A stretch of 62,881 nt of DNA, counting the filler. It is 8 parts of 8 records of this genome, joined end to end, with 100 filler letters (N's around TTAATTAATTAA, not from the genome) between each part and the next. Parts side by side here need not be neighbours in the genome. Positions count along the whole stretch, not along the records: positions 24,686 to 35,034 come from DRR723986_14549; positions 35,135 to 40,337 come from DRR723986_14559; positions 40,438 to 50,459 come from DRR723986_14589; 5 more parts are not named here. One strand, given 5' to 3'. The translations under genes and the position numbers were made by a program. The notes beneath the pieces are model-generated. The model did no database searches, was not told the origin of the DNA, and saw nothing but the letters and a program-made list of their open reading frames with translations. Positions within the stretch are counted from its first letter, which is position 1; every line of letters begins with the position of its first letter. Below, one piece after another: positions 30,757-40,579 of the stretch.

Positions 30757-32064
30757 ATGCATACCGATCCCTTGCATTTCATTCATGGGCTTTCGCCAAG
30801 CGACATTCCAGCCGATGTGCTGCAGGGCGCCAAGCGATCGCTGCTGGATCTTTTGGGGGTGGCCGCCGGGGGGCTGGGCACGCAGCTGTCGCGCATTATC
30901 CGCGATCATGCCGCTTTGGATATGCCGGGCACAACCCCCCTGCTGTTTGACGCGCGCCACGCCAACCCTGCCGCCGCCGCCATGGCGGCGGGCATGACAA
31001 TCGACAGCCTGGATGGGCACGATGGTTTCAACCCGGCCAAGGGCCATATCGGCTGCCCCTTGCTGCCGGCCATGTTGGCCTTGGCGCCCGAAACCTGCAG
31101 CGGCGCGGAATTTTTGGCAACCATGGTCATGGGCTATGAAATGGGCGCGCGCATGGCCATGGCCCAACACGCCACCGCCCCCGATTACCACACCTCGGGC
31201 AGCTGGGGCGCGGTGGCCGGGGCCGCGGCGGGCGCGCGGCTGCTGGGCCTTGGGCACCAGGCCACACGCCACGCCTTGGGCATTGCCGAATACCACGGCC
31301 CGCGCAGCCAGATGATGCGCTGCATCGACTTTCCCACCAACCTCAAAGATGGCTCGGGCTGGGGCGCGCTGTGCGGGGTGTCGGCGGTGCAACTGGCGCA
31401 CCGCGGCTTTACCGGCGCCCCCGCGATCACGGTCGAGGATGCCCCCACCTATTGGGGCGATCTGGGCACGCGCTGGTATATGCTGGAGCAATATTTCAAA
31501 CCCTACCCTGTGTGCCGCTGGGCGCAGGCCCCGATAGAGGCGGTGCTATCGCTGCGCCGCCAGCATGGGCTAAAGGCGGGCGATGTGGCCGCCATAGAGA
31601 TCGAAACATTCCACGAATCTGTGCGGTTGCATGTGCAAAACCCGCAAGGCACCGATGCCGCGCAATATTCCACCTCGTTTCCCTGCGCCCTGGCGCTGGT
31701 TTATGGCGATGTGCAGGCCCAGCACCTCAGCGATGACGCCATCGCCAACCCCGCGGTGCTGCGGCTGTCGAATGCCACAACCATGGTGGAAAACGCCCAT
31801 GCCAATGCCAAATTCCCCCTCACCCGGCTGGCCCGCGTGCGCCTGCAGCGAACCGATGGCAGCTGGCTGCAAAGCGGCTGGCACACCCCAAGGTGGGATT
31901 ATCAAGACCCGCCCACTGATGCCGATCTGCGCGCCAAATTCGATGGCTTTGCCACCCCGGTTTTGGGCGCCAGAAAGGCCGCCGATCTGGCGCAGGTGGT
32001 CGCCACGCTGGATACCCGCCCCCTGGCCGATTTGCGCGCGCTTTTGGGTCAGCCCAGCAGCTGA
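30757..32064 (+). CDS. MmgE/PrpD family protein
   Basis: DSLDGHDG...KGH, GYE, YFKPYPVCRWAQ; AAGGAG RBS before ATG 30757. Confidence 0.9.
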   Translation: MHTDPLHFIHGLSPSDIPADVLQGAKRSLLDLLGVAAGGLGTQLSRIIRDHAALDMPGTTPLLFDARHANPAAAAMAAGMTIDSLDGHDGFNPAKGHIGCPLLPAMLALAPETCSGAEFLATMVMGYEMGARMAMAQHATAPDYHTSGSWGAVAGAAAGARLLGLGHQATRHALGIAEYHGPRSQMMRCIDFPTNLKDGSGWGALCGVSAVQLAHRGFTGAPAITVEDAPTYWGDLGTRWYMLEQYFKPYPVCRWAQAPIEAVLSLRRQHGLKAGDVAAIEIETFHESVRLHVQNPQGTDAAQYSTSFPCALALVYGDVQAQHLSDDAIANPAVLRLSNATTMVENAHANAKFPLTRLARVRLQRTDGSWLQSGWHTPRWDYQDPPTDADLRAKFDGFATPVLGARKAADLAQVVATLDTRPLADLRALLGQPSS

Positions 32065-32714
32065 CGCACAACGCCCGGCAATTCGCTGTAGTGGCTGATG
32101 ATGGCCTCGGGCGCCAGCTGTGCCACGCCCATGCCATCGGGGCCAAAGCCCACCAAAACACACGGCACGCCCGCCGCCTGGGCGGTTTTACGGTCGGTGA
32201 TCGTGTCGCCAATCAAGCAGGCCTGCGCCGGGGCGCCCCCCGCCAACTGCACCGCATGCACAAAGGGCGCAGGATCGGGTTTGCGCTGGGGCAGCGTATC
32301 TGCCCCCACAAGCGAGGCAAACATCCCCCGCACCCCCAACCGCTGCATCAGCGTTTCTGCCAGCGCCTGGGGTTTGTTGGTGCAAATACCCACCCGATAC
32401 CCGCCGGTTTTCAGCGCCTCGACCGCCTCGATCGCGCCGGGGTAGAGGCGCGTGTGCACATCAATCGCCGCACCATAGGCACGCAATAACACCGGGTAAT
32501 AGGCCTCGACCTGGGCCGCCGCATCGGTCGTTCGGGCGCGCGCCATCCCCAAGGCCAGCATCGCCCGCCCCCCGCGAAACGCCACCCCCGCATCGGCCAC
32601 AGGATCAAGTAGATCCCCCAACCCCATTTCACGAAAGCAATAATTCGCCGATGCAATCAAATCAGCGCTGGTGTCGGCCAAGGTGCCATCCAGATCGAAA
32701 ATAACGGTTTTCAT
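32049..32714 (-). CDS. gph: HAD family phosphoglycolate phosphatase
   Basis: MKTVIFDLDGTLADT, CTNKP, RKPDPAP, IGDTITD. Confidence 0.88.
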   Translation of the reverse strand: MKTVIFDLDGTLADTSADLIASANYCFREMGLGDLLDPVADAGVAFRGGRAMLALGMARARTTDAAAQVEAYYPVLLRAYGAAIDVHTRLYPGAIEAVEALKTGGYRVGICTNKPQALAETLMQRLGVRGMFASLVGADTLPQRKPDPAPFVHAVQLAGGAPAQACLIGDTITDRKTAQAAGVPCVLVGFGPDGMGVAQLAPEAIISHYSELPGVVRQLLG

Positions 32715-32902
32715 GCCCTTTTCCCCCTTGGTTTTGGCGCCCGCCTGCCGCCCGCCTACCACCACCACAGGCCGCGCCCGCACGCGCCAGCCTGCCCCAC
32801 GCGGCGCTGTTACAAACGGCAACCTCACGTGATGCCACACTGGCTTGCGCCGCGCCCACAAGCCCGTATAACGGCCAAAAGCCCAAATTAAAGAGTTTTT
32901 TC

Positions 32903-34258
32903 ATGACAACTGCATTGATCGTCCTGGCCGCCGGCATGGGCACGCGTATGAACTCGGACCTGCCCAAGGTGTTGCACCAGGTGGCGGGCGCACCGCTGTT
33001 GGTGCATGCGCTGAAATCGGCCGCCGACATCGCAGCCGCGCGCTGCATCGTGGTGGCAGGCCATGGCGCCGAGGCGGTGGGCAAGGCGGCCAAGTCTTGG
33101 GATGAGACAATAGAGCTGGTTTTGCAGCCCGAGCAAAAAGGCACAGCCCATGCCGTGGATATGGCCCGCGATGCGCTGGCCGGTTTCACCGGCGATGCCA
33201 TTGTTTTATATGGCGATACCCCCTTTATCCAGCCCGAAACCCTGGCCGCCATGCAAGCGGCCCGGCGCCAGCACGATGTGGTGGTGCTGGGCTTTCAGGC
33301 CAAAGACCCGGGCCGCTATGGCCGCCTGGTGATGGCGGGCGACAGCCTGCAGCGTATTGTTGAATATAAAGACGCAACCGAGGCCGAACGCGCCATCAGC
33401 CTGTGCAATTCTGGCGTGATTGCCGCCGATTGCACCCAGCTGTTTGACCTGATTTCCAAAATCAGCAACGCCAATGCCAGCGGCGAATATTACCTGACCG
33501 ATGTGGTCGGCCTGGCCCGGGAAAATGGCCTGTCGGCCACCGTTGTCACCTGCGACGAGGCCGAAACGATGGGCATCAATTCGCGCGCCGAATTGGCGCA
33601 GGCCGAAGCCGCCTTTCAGGCCCGCGCCCGCGCCGCCCTGTTGGCCGATGGCATCACGCTAACCGCGCCCGACACGGTATTTCTGGCCCATGACACAGTG
33701 ATCGGGCGCGACAGCGTGATCGAGCCGCATGTGGTGTTTGGCCCCGGTGTAACCGTGGAAAGCGGCGCCACCATCCGCGCCTTTTCGCATCTCGAGGGCT
33801 GCCATGTCAGCCGCGGCGCAGTGGTTGGGCCCTATGCCCGCCTGCGCCCCGGTGCCGAACTGGCCGAAGATGTGCGCGTGGGCAATTTCGTAGAGATCAA
33901 AAACGCCATCCTGGATGAAGGCGCCAAGGTGAACCACCTCAGCTATATTGGCGATGCGCATGTGGGGGCGGCCAGCAATATTGGCGCGGGCACCATCACC
34001 TGCAATTACGATGGTGTTATGAAACACCGCACCGAAATTGGGGCGCGCGCCTTTATCGGCTCGAACACCATGCTGGTGGCGCCGGTGCGCGTGGGCCATG
34101 GCGCGATGACGGCATCGGGTTCGGTGATCACGCGCGATGTGCCAGATGATGCGCTGGCCCTGGCGCGCGCTGATCAGCAAACCAAACCGGGCATGGCGCG
34201 CAAATTGTTCGAAATGTTAAAGGCCAAAAAGGCCAAACGCGATACGGGGGCCAAATAA
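32903..34258 (+). CDS. glmU: Bifunctional UDP-GlcNAc pyrophosphorylase / glucosamine-1-P acetyltransferase
   Basis: LAAGMGTRMNSDLPKVLH, hexapeptide repeats, HLSYIGDA, TCNYDG. Confidence 0.98.
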   Translation: MTTALIVLAAGMGTRMNSDLPKVLHQVAGAPLLVHALKSAADIAAARCIVVAGHGAEAVGKAAKSWDETIELVLQPEQKGTAHAVDMARDALAGFTGDAIVLYGDTPFIQPETLAAMQAARRQHDVVVLGFQAKDPGRYGRLVMAGDSLQRIVEYKDATEAERAISLCNSGVIAADCTQLFDLISKISNANASGEYYLTDVVGLARENGLSATVVTCDEAETMGINSRAELAQAEAAFQARARAALLADGITLTAPDTVFLAHDTVIGRDSVIEPHVVFGPGVTVESGATIRAFSHLEGCHVSRGAVVGPYARLRPGAELAEDVRVGNFVEIKNAILDEGAKVNHLSYIGDAHVGAASNIGAGTITCNYDGVMKHRTEIGARAFIGSNTMLVAPVRVGHGAMTASGSVITRDVPDDALALARADQQTKPGMARKLFEMLKAKKAKRDTGAK

Positions 34259-35034
34259 TGTGTGGAATTGTAGGGGTACTGGGCCAACACGAAGCAGCGC
34301 CGCTGATGGTAGAGGCGCTGAAACGGCTGGAATATCGCGGCTATGACAGCGCCGGGATTGCCACGCTGAATGGCGGCCAGCTGGCGCGCCGGCGGGCCTT
34401 GGGCAAGCTGGTGAATTTGTCGGATCTGCTGGTGCACGAACCGCTGGCTGGCAAGGCGGGCATTGGCCATACACGTTGGGCCACCCATGGCGCGCCTTCG
34501 GTGGTGAATGCCCACCCCCATATGGCCGGCCAGGTGGCGGTGGTGCATAATGGCATCATCGAAAATTTCCGCGAATTGCGTGCCGAGCTGGCCGAGCGCG
34601 GGCGCCAGTTCATCACCGAAACCGATACCGAAACCGTGGCGCTGCTGGCGGCCGAGTTTCTCGACCAAGGCGCAACGCCCGCCCAGGCCGCCCAGCAAAC
34701 CATCGCCAAGCTGGAAGGCGCCTTTGCCCTGGCCTTTCTCTTTGAGGGCCACGAAGACCTGCTGATCGCGGCGCGCAAGGGCAGCCCGCTGGCCATTGGC
34801 CATGGCGAGGGCGAAATGTTTGTGGGCTCAGACGCCATCGCCCTGGCGCCGCTGACCGACACGATCACCTATCTGGACGAGGGCGATTGGGCCGTCATCA
34901 CCCGCACCAGCCTGACCATTTTCGACGAAACCGGCGCCCAAGTGGCCCGCAAGGCGCGAAAAATTGAAATCAGCGCCACCAAGGTAGACAAGGGCGGGCA
35001 CAAGCATTTCATGGCCAAGGAAATTGCCGAACAG
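34258..35034 (+). CDS. glmS: Glutamine-fructose-6-phosphate transaminase, N-terminal part
   Basis: MCGIVG, RLEYRGYDSAG, GHTRWATHG, HNGIIEN. Confidence 0.98.
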
Positions 35035-35134
35035 NNNNNNNNNNNNNNNNNNNNNNNNNNNNNNNNNNNNNNNNNNNNTTAATTAATTAANNNNNNNNNN
35101 NNNNNNNNNNNNNNNNNNNNNNNNNNNNNNNNNN
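35035..35134. other. Artificial contig linker
   Basis: N44-TTAATTAATTAA-N44. Confidence 0.99.
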
Positions 35135-35274
35135 GCCTCTATCACCGGGGCGGCTGTGTTGCAGGTTTCACAGTCTTCCTTCATGAAAACGATCAGGTGC
35201 GGACCTTCGCCCGGAAACGTGACGGTGTCGCCGGACAGAGACTCCAGAGAGAAGCTCGGTTTGGTTTCCGTCAT
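35135..35274 (-). CDS. Thioredoxin-fold redoxin, N-terminal fragment
   Basis: PSFSLESLSG...LIVFMKEDCETC (CxxC); GGGAGAG RBS; truncated by the contig end. Confidence 0.75.
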
Positions 35275-35348
35275 GGACTCTCTCCCGCTTGTTTATACGC
35301 ATATTGGCGATGGGATACGTGTCTTGTCCAGAGTGACGCAGGAGCAGC

Positions 35349-35443
35349 TGGCGGAGGTGGATGGGAATCGAACCCACCACACGTCCTGTCGACGCGTCCA
35401 TGGTTTTGAAGACCAGGGAAGCCACCAGACTCCAGTCACCTCC
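35349..35443 (-). tRNA. selC: tRNA-Sec (UCA)
   Basis: 95 nt GGAGGTGA...CCACCTCC-G-CCA; 8-position acceptor stem, 6-bp D stem, anticodon loop CTTCAAA (35407-35409), long variable arm, GGTTCGATTCC T loop; directly downstream of selB. Confidence 0.97.
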
Positions 35444-35478
35444 ACGATTGCGAGACAGTAGCGACTGCGCGCGCCGCG

Positions 35479-37359
35479 TCAAACATCAGCCATATAGCGC
35501 GTGTTGCCAATGCGGATTGCCATGCCCTTGGTATCGAGATGCTCAAGGAGAGGCACGATATATTTCCGGGTTGTGTTCAGGGTGGCGCGAGCTTCCCCGG
35601 TCGTGAAAGCTGTCTGCCCCGGATAGTTGGTTTTCAGCGTTCGGGCAGCATCAGCAACAGCGTCGCGGTGAAACACGATCGTCTGCCTTAGTGAAATATT
35701 GTTCAGCCGGATGGCGGTTCCTTCATGAATGAGAAGAGTCAGCAGATCGGCGTCGATGGCGTCTGTGATGAGGGCTTCTGGCGAAGGAGGCTGCATGCCA
35801 GCTTCCTTCAATTCCGCCGCCAGACGGGCCATGCGATGCTCCTGGCTGGCTGTCAGGTATTTGTGAGGATCATGCGCGGACAAGGCCGCTTCGCGTCCGG
35901 AAAGAACCAGCTTTCCTTCCAAGACGAGTGCAGACTCGACGAAATCGATCAGCTCTGGTGCCATGTGCGGAACACGTTTTGGCTCACGCGGTGCGAAAGG
36001 CTTCAATGGGAACGTCGCATGATAGGATTGAAGCCGCGCGATGTAACTTTCCCTGACCTCTTCAATGGTTGATGAAGCCGCGACAAGAGCATTGTTTATG
36101 TCGACAAACGCCGCTCCCAATTCGGCGCGCACCGTTTCTGCACGGATACGCGCGAGGCGGCAGATATCTGCGATACGCGCAACGCCGAGATGTTCGCGGG
36201 TGAGCGCTGCCGCGATCCGGGGAATGTCGCCACGCTCAACCGCATCAAGGGTTTCAAGCCGGAGTTTCATGTTGGCCCTGCTCTCTGTTGGCGCGGGATC
36301 AATGACGGTCGCGCCGCCTATGGTCTCAGCCGGTGAAAGACTTCGGATAACAGCCCGCTGGCCGGAGAAACTGGTGATCGCTTCGGGAAACCGAAGGCGC
36401 GCAAAAGCCGATGCACCGGGGGGCAATAGCTTGCCGTCAAAAAGGCGAAGGCTCGCAACAGCATGTGAGGTACCATGCAAGACCCGAACCTGCTGCATGT
36501 GTTTTACGGGACGGCTGGCACGGGTGGACAGATTGATCAGAACATCGCATTGCGCAGAAGGGGCGAATGCGCCCGGCGCGTGTATCACGTCACCCGGTTT
36601 TACCCGGTCAACGGAGATACCTCGCAGGTTCAACGCCGTTCGCTCACCGGGAGAGGCCTCAGAAACGTCCCGGCCGCGAACATGTATGCTCCTGAAGGTC
36701 AGGGATTGACCGCTCGGTGCGATAACTAGTGTCTCGTCTGCCCGTACCGGTCCGCCGTGAAGCGTCCCGGTTACGACCGTGCCTCGCCCTTCGACGACGA
36801 AAACTCGATCAATAGGCAAGAAGGTCGAAGATAGAGGGGTGGTACCGACTGAACGGAAACCAAGCTGCTCCAGCGCTTTTTCGAGTGCACTTATCCCATG
36901 CCCGTTTGTCGACGAGCAGAACACCATTGGTGCAGTGCAAAACCGAGTATCTGAAAGCCCCTCACGCAGCCGTTTTTCGCATGCCGCATAATCTGCCCTG
37001 GAAATCCTGTCAGATTGGGTGACGGCGACAACCCCCTCAACGATGCCAAGCGCCTCAATAATTTCGAGGTGTTCCAGGGTTTGTTCCTGAACTCCTCCCA
37101 AGGCGGAGATGACGATCAGTGCCGCACGGGCACCGGATGCCCCGGAAACCATGGCGCGGATAAAGTCGCGATGACCGGGCGCGTCGATGAAGTCGATCAT
37201 GACATCGCCGTATTGCTGGTAGGCGAAGCCAGGCGTGATGGACAATCCCCGCGCTTTTTCCTCTGGCAACCTGTCGGTTTCCATACCCGTCAGAGTACGA
37301 ACCAATGATGTTTTCCCGTGGTCAACATGACCGAGTACGATGACAGGGCAGGTCTTCAT
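35479..37359 (-). CDS. selB: Selenocysteine-specific elongation factor
   Basis: GHVDHGKT, TDRLPEEKARG, DAPGH, LPIDRVF, C-terminal winged-helix TRKYIVPLLEHLD. Confidence 0.96.
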   Translation of the reverse strand: MKTCPVIVLGHVDHGKTSLVRTLTGMETDRLPEEKARGLSITPGFAYQQYGDVMIDFIDAPGHRDFIRAMVSGASGARAALIVISALGGVQEQTLEHLEIIEALGIVEGVVAVTQSDRISRADYAACEKRLREGLSDTRFCTAPMVFCSSTNGHGISALEKALEQLGFRSVGTTPLSSTFLPIDRVFVVEGRGTVVTGTLHGGPVRADETLVIAPSGQSLTFRSIHVRGRDVSEASPGERTALNLRGISVDRVKPGDVIHAPGAFAPSAQCDVLINLSTRASRPVKHMQQVRVLHGTSHAVASLRLFDGKLLPPGASAFARLRFPEAITSFSGQRAVIRSLSPAETIGGATVIDPAPTESRANMKLRLETLDAVERGDIPRIAAALTREHLGVARIADICRLARIRAETVRAELGAAFVDINNALVAASSTIEEVRESYIARLQSYHATFPLKPFAPREPKRVPHMAPELIDFVESALVLEGKLVLSGREAALSAHDPHKYLTASQEHRMARLAAELKEAGMQPPSPEALITDAIDADLLTLLIHEGTAIRLNNISLRQTIVFHRDAVADAARTLKTNYPGQTAFTTGEARATLNTTRKYIVPLLEHLDTKGMAIRIGNTRYMADV

Positions 37360-38747
37360 GAAACGCAGACTGAGCGGAACGCTTCAACGATCATGGGCAG
37401 GTCTTCGTCGCCAAGGGTGCGGGCGTCCATCAGGAAACGGCCATCCCTGATCAGGCCGACGATCGGTGTTTCTGCAGCTCTTAGGGCAGTCACTAACGCT
37501 TCGGCTGTATGGTACGGTACAGACACGGAAACAGCGCGGCTATCCAGGCCTTGGTGGGGAAGCGACCCGCCACCAACAAAAGCCGTACTCTGAACGACAA
37601 TCACATCGCCGAATCCCGCGGATATCAATTGGCTGACCAGCCGATCCGCACGAGCAAGAACTTCGTCAACACTTTGCGCCAAGGTCCGAAGGACGGGAAT
37701 ACGCTGGAAAGGATCGTTTGGCTCCCGGTAGAGCCGGAGCGTTGCTTCGAGTGCTGCGAGCGAGAGTTTATCGAGGCGGACTGCACGGCAGAGCGGATGA
37801 GACTTCAAGCGGCTGATAAGGTCGGCGCGTCCGGCGATAATGCCAGCCTGGGGACCGCCGAGCAATTTATCCCCGGAAAACATGACAAGATCGACGCCCG
37901 CCTTGATGATGTCGGATACGACGGGCTCGTCGTTCAGACCATAAGCTGAAAGATCTACCAGCACGCCACTGCCGAGATCTTCCATCAGAATGGTATCCGA
38001 CTTGCGCGCGAGCGACGAAAGCTCTTCGCGCCGAGGTGCAGACGTAAAACCGACGATCCGAAAATTACTGGTATGGCTTCTCAGAAGAACGGCCGTATCG
38101 GAATCGATGGCCTGCTCGAAATCGGAGGCATGGGTTTTGTTCGTGGCGCCTACCTCTTTGAGGACCGCACCGCTTTGCTGGATGACGTCCGGTAGCCGGA
38201 AGGCGCCGCCGATTTCAATCAGTTCGCCGCGTGACACAATGACTTTCCGGCCCTGTGCGGTTGCCATCAGACTCAGCAGGACCGCAGCGGCGCAGTTGTT
38301 CACCACGATCGCAGCTTCGGCCCCCGTAAGATCGCAGATGAGGGATTCGACATGGGCATAGCGCGAGCCACGCTTTCCGCTGGCGAGGTCAAATTCCAGA
38401 TTCGAGTAGCTTCCTCCCACCGACTGCATCGCGGCAAGCGCTTCGGGCGCGAGCCTGGCGCGACCGAGATTCGTATGGATTATGATCCCGGTCGCATTTA
38501 TGACACTGCGCAGGTTTGGCTGGCGCTGCTCATCGATATGTTGGGCCAGGCTGGCCGCAAAGGATTCACTCTTGAAATCGGGCAGGCTTTTTCTTTCGCC
38601 CGACTGGATACCGACACGCAGGGCCTGAAATGCCGTTTGAAGGGCTTGCGTGACCTCTTTTCTGGAATAGGCGTGAAGCAATGCCGCAATGTGCCTGGTT
38701 TCAAGCAAAGCTTGCACTTGTGGTAATTGTCTCAAGAGATCATCCAC
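37356..38747 (-). CDS. selA: L-seryl-tRNA(Sec) selenium transferase
   Basis: VINATGIIIHTNLGRA, VNNCAAA, SRGELIEIGG, EDLGSG, FSGDKLLGGPQAG. GTG 38747 follows a GGAGA RBS; ATG 38762 is an alternative start. Confidence 0.97.
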   Translation of the reverse strand: MDDLLRQLPQVQALLETRHIAALLHAYSRKEVTQALQTAFQALRVGIQSGERKSLPDFKSESFAASLAQHIDEQRQPNLRSVINATGIIIHTNLGRARLAPEALAAMQSVGGSYSNLEFDLASGKRGSRYAHVESLICDLTGAEAAIVVNNCAAAVLLSLMATAQGRKVIVSRGELIEIGGAFRLPDVIQQSGAVLKEVGATNKTHASDFEQAIDSDTAVLLRSHTSNFRIVGFTSAPRREELSSLARKSDTILMEDLGSGVLVDLSAYGLNDEPVVSDIIKAGVDLVMFSGDKLLGGPQAGIIAGRADLISRLKSHPLCRAVRLDKLSLAALEATLRLYREPNDPFQRIPVLRTLAQSVDEVLARADRLVSQLISAGFGDVIVVQSTAFVGGGSLPHQGLDSRAVSVSVPYHTAEALVTALRAAETPIVGLIRDGRFLMDARTLGDEDLPMIVEAFRSVCVS

Positions 38748-38884
38748 GCACAATTCTCCCATTGCTTTCTGCGAATTTAGAGGAGGATTATTACGTCTCA
38801 ATCGGCAAGCGACAATTCGAACGCTCTTTCCATTGTTGGAAGTCAACCACAAACCCGGACCTTCGTGAAGGCCGCCTGACGCGT

Positions 38885-39000
38885 CTATTCTCCCGGCGCC
38901 TGCCGGGGAAAGACATGATGACCTGGAAGAAGTTCACGAAGTTCAGGTAGAGTGAAAGCGCACCTCAGTTTGCCAAAACGGCATCTTTGGCAACTTGCAC
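38885..39000 (-). pseudogene. Remnant of a Bax inhibitor-1/YccA family gene (last TM helix) with in-frame TGA
   Basis: Translation VQVAKDAVLAN*GALSLYLNFVNFFQVIMSFPGRRRE resembles the family's C-terminal GALSLYLDFINLF motif. TGA at 38965-38967. Confidence 0.55.
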
Positions 39001-39053
39001 ACCTCCTACGGACAGCTCACACACTTTATCACCGCAAGCCAGGCATCCGGCGG

Positions 39054-40220
39054 TCACGATAAACGCCAGAGCCGTGCCAAATTGTTCTTCTGAATTGCGG
39101 AAGATCCTCCGACGATGGGCATGCTCAGAAGGTCTCGCACATTCCGCTCGATGTCGTAAGCATCGGACAGCGCATAGGCGCCCATGACCCGTTGGCAGGC
39201 CAGCGCAATCTCGACACCTGTGTCTGCAATAAAAAGCTTCGCCATCGAAGCCTCGATGGAACACGACTTCATTTCGGTTGCCAGCCGAGCGGCATGGTAG
39301 AGAACGTGGCGGCAGGCTTCCAGCCGGGTTCGGGCCTCGACCAGAGTATGCGCAACCGTCTGGTGCTCAGCAATGGGCCTGCCGAACTGCTCACGCTCCT
39401 GCGCATAGGTCCATGCCTCGTCCAGCGCCGCCTGTGCGAACCCGAAGGCTACGGCAGACACTTCGAGCTTTTCCACATCCAATGTCCGTCCGGCCAGCAT
39501 GCTCCAGCCGCGATTCCAGGCCTCCTGCCCGCCAACAATATTACCCACCGGGATCCTGGCTTCATCGAAGTAGACATCGCTCGACAGGGTGTATCGCAAA
39601 TTTACATGTTCGATTGGCGAAAGAGTCATCCCGGGCGTGTCGCGCGGCACGAGGACGAGTGAAAGGTTCTTGTAGCGCTCGCCTTCCGGAGCGCTATTTA
39701 CCAGGCAGTAGATGTAGTCAGCAAAGTCGGCACCGGTACACCAGCGTTTCGCGCCGTTCAGGACCACTTCGTCCCCCTCGATGAAGGCACGCGTCTTCAC
39801 ACTGGCGAGGTCCGCACCAATGTCAGGTTCGGAAAGGCCATAGGCAAACTTGATTTCTCCCCGAGCAAGCTGGGGCAGGAGTTCTTCCTTCTGTGCCTCC
39901 GATCCGTTCTCGGATATATTCATCCCGCCATAAAAGGCGCAGTGAATGAAAGGTCCAGCCAGGAACGGGCCTGCGCGTCCCAACTCCTCGATCACGACGA
40001 TAGCTGCCAGGACATCCTGCCCGCTACCACCATAGGCCTCCGGAACGGTCAGCCCCATCAGGCCCATTTTGGCAAGTTCCTGGTAGAGCTCTCTCGGGAA
40101 AGTGTGAGCCCGGTCCCATTCGCGGCGCTTGTCCCGCGGCGCCTTCTCCGCAACGAAGCGACGCAACTGACTTCGAATCTGAGTGATGTAGCCGGGTTCC
40201 GGTAACGTGTTCTCGATCAT
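39054..40220 (-). CDS. Acyl-CoA dehydrogenase family protein
   Basis: GSEAQK, YGLSEPDIGAD, NGAKRWCT, REQFGRPI, IVGGSSAIQKN. Confidence 0.93.
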   Translation of the reverse strand: MIENTLPEPGYITQIRSQLRRFVAEKAPRDKRREWDRAHTFPRELYQELAKMGLMGLTVPEAYGGSGQDVLAAIVVIEELGRAGPFLAGPFIHCAFYGGMNISENGSEAQKEELLPQLARGEIKFAYGLSEPDIGADLASVKTRAFIEGDEVVLNGAKRWCTGADFADYIYCLVNSAPEGERYKNLSLVLVPRDTPGMTLSPIEHVNLRYTLSSDVYFDEARIPVGNIVGGQEAWNRGWSMLAGRTLDVEKLEVSAVAFGFAQAALDEAWTYAQEREQFGRPIAEHQTVAHTLVEARTRLEACRHVLYHAARLATEMKSCSIEASMAKLFIADTGVEIALACQRVMGAYALSDAYDIERNVRDLLSMPIVGGSSAIQKNNLARLWRLS

Positions 40221-40227
40221 TTTCCAC

Positions 40228-40337
40228 CTATTCCCCGGTCAAATTGGGTGAACGCTTCTCCCGCATGGCCGAGATGGCCTCCTTGCGGTCTGCCAAGGAG
40301 TTCGACACCGTTTCCCAGCCGACCGCGGCGTCCATCA
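40228..40337 (-). CDS. Enoyl-CoA hydratase/isomerase, C-terminal fragment
   Basis: MDAAVGWETVSNSLADRKEAISAMREKRSPNLTGE* matches the crotonase C-terminal D..EA..A..EKR.P.F.G pattern. Confidence 0.75.
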
Positions 40338-40437
40338 NNNNNNNNNNNNNNNNNNNNNNNNNNNNNNNNNNNNNNNNNNNNTTAATTAATTAANNNNNNN
40401 NNNNNNNNNNNNNNNNNNNNNNNNNNNNNNNNNNNNN
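40338..40437. other. Artificial contig linker
   Basis: N44-TTAATTAATTAA-N44. Confidence 0.99.
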
Positions 40438-40461
40438 TCTACCAGGCTGAGCTACACTCCG
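40438..40461 (-). tRNA. tRNA 5' fragment, probably tRNA-Pro (truncated by the contig end)
   Basis: CGGAGTGTAGCTCAGCCTGGTAGA: acceptor 5' strand and D arm starting with C1, typical of tRNA-Pro. Anticodon not visible. Confidence 0.7.
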
Positions 40462-40579
40462 ACCGTGCGGGGCGGGATAGCTGGGGAATCGTGCCTTTGC
40501 AAGGGGGATTTCACCGGCTCGCTTGATCCCGGAGGCATTCCCTGCAAGAAGGCAGGCAACCGACAAGATGAGCGATGCC

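Noticed and set aside
39054..39056. TGA stop of the acyl-CoA dehydrogenase as a Sec codon
   Set aside because: It falls at the normal C-terminus of a full-length 388-aa family member.
40438..40461. tRNA-Pro as the integration site of the pse cluster
   Set aside because: The cluster abuts the tRNA 5' side, and no integrase or duplicated tRNA 3' end is visible.
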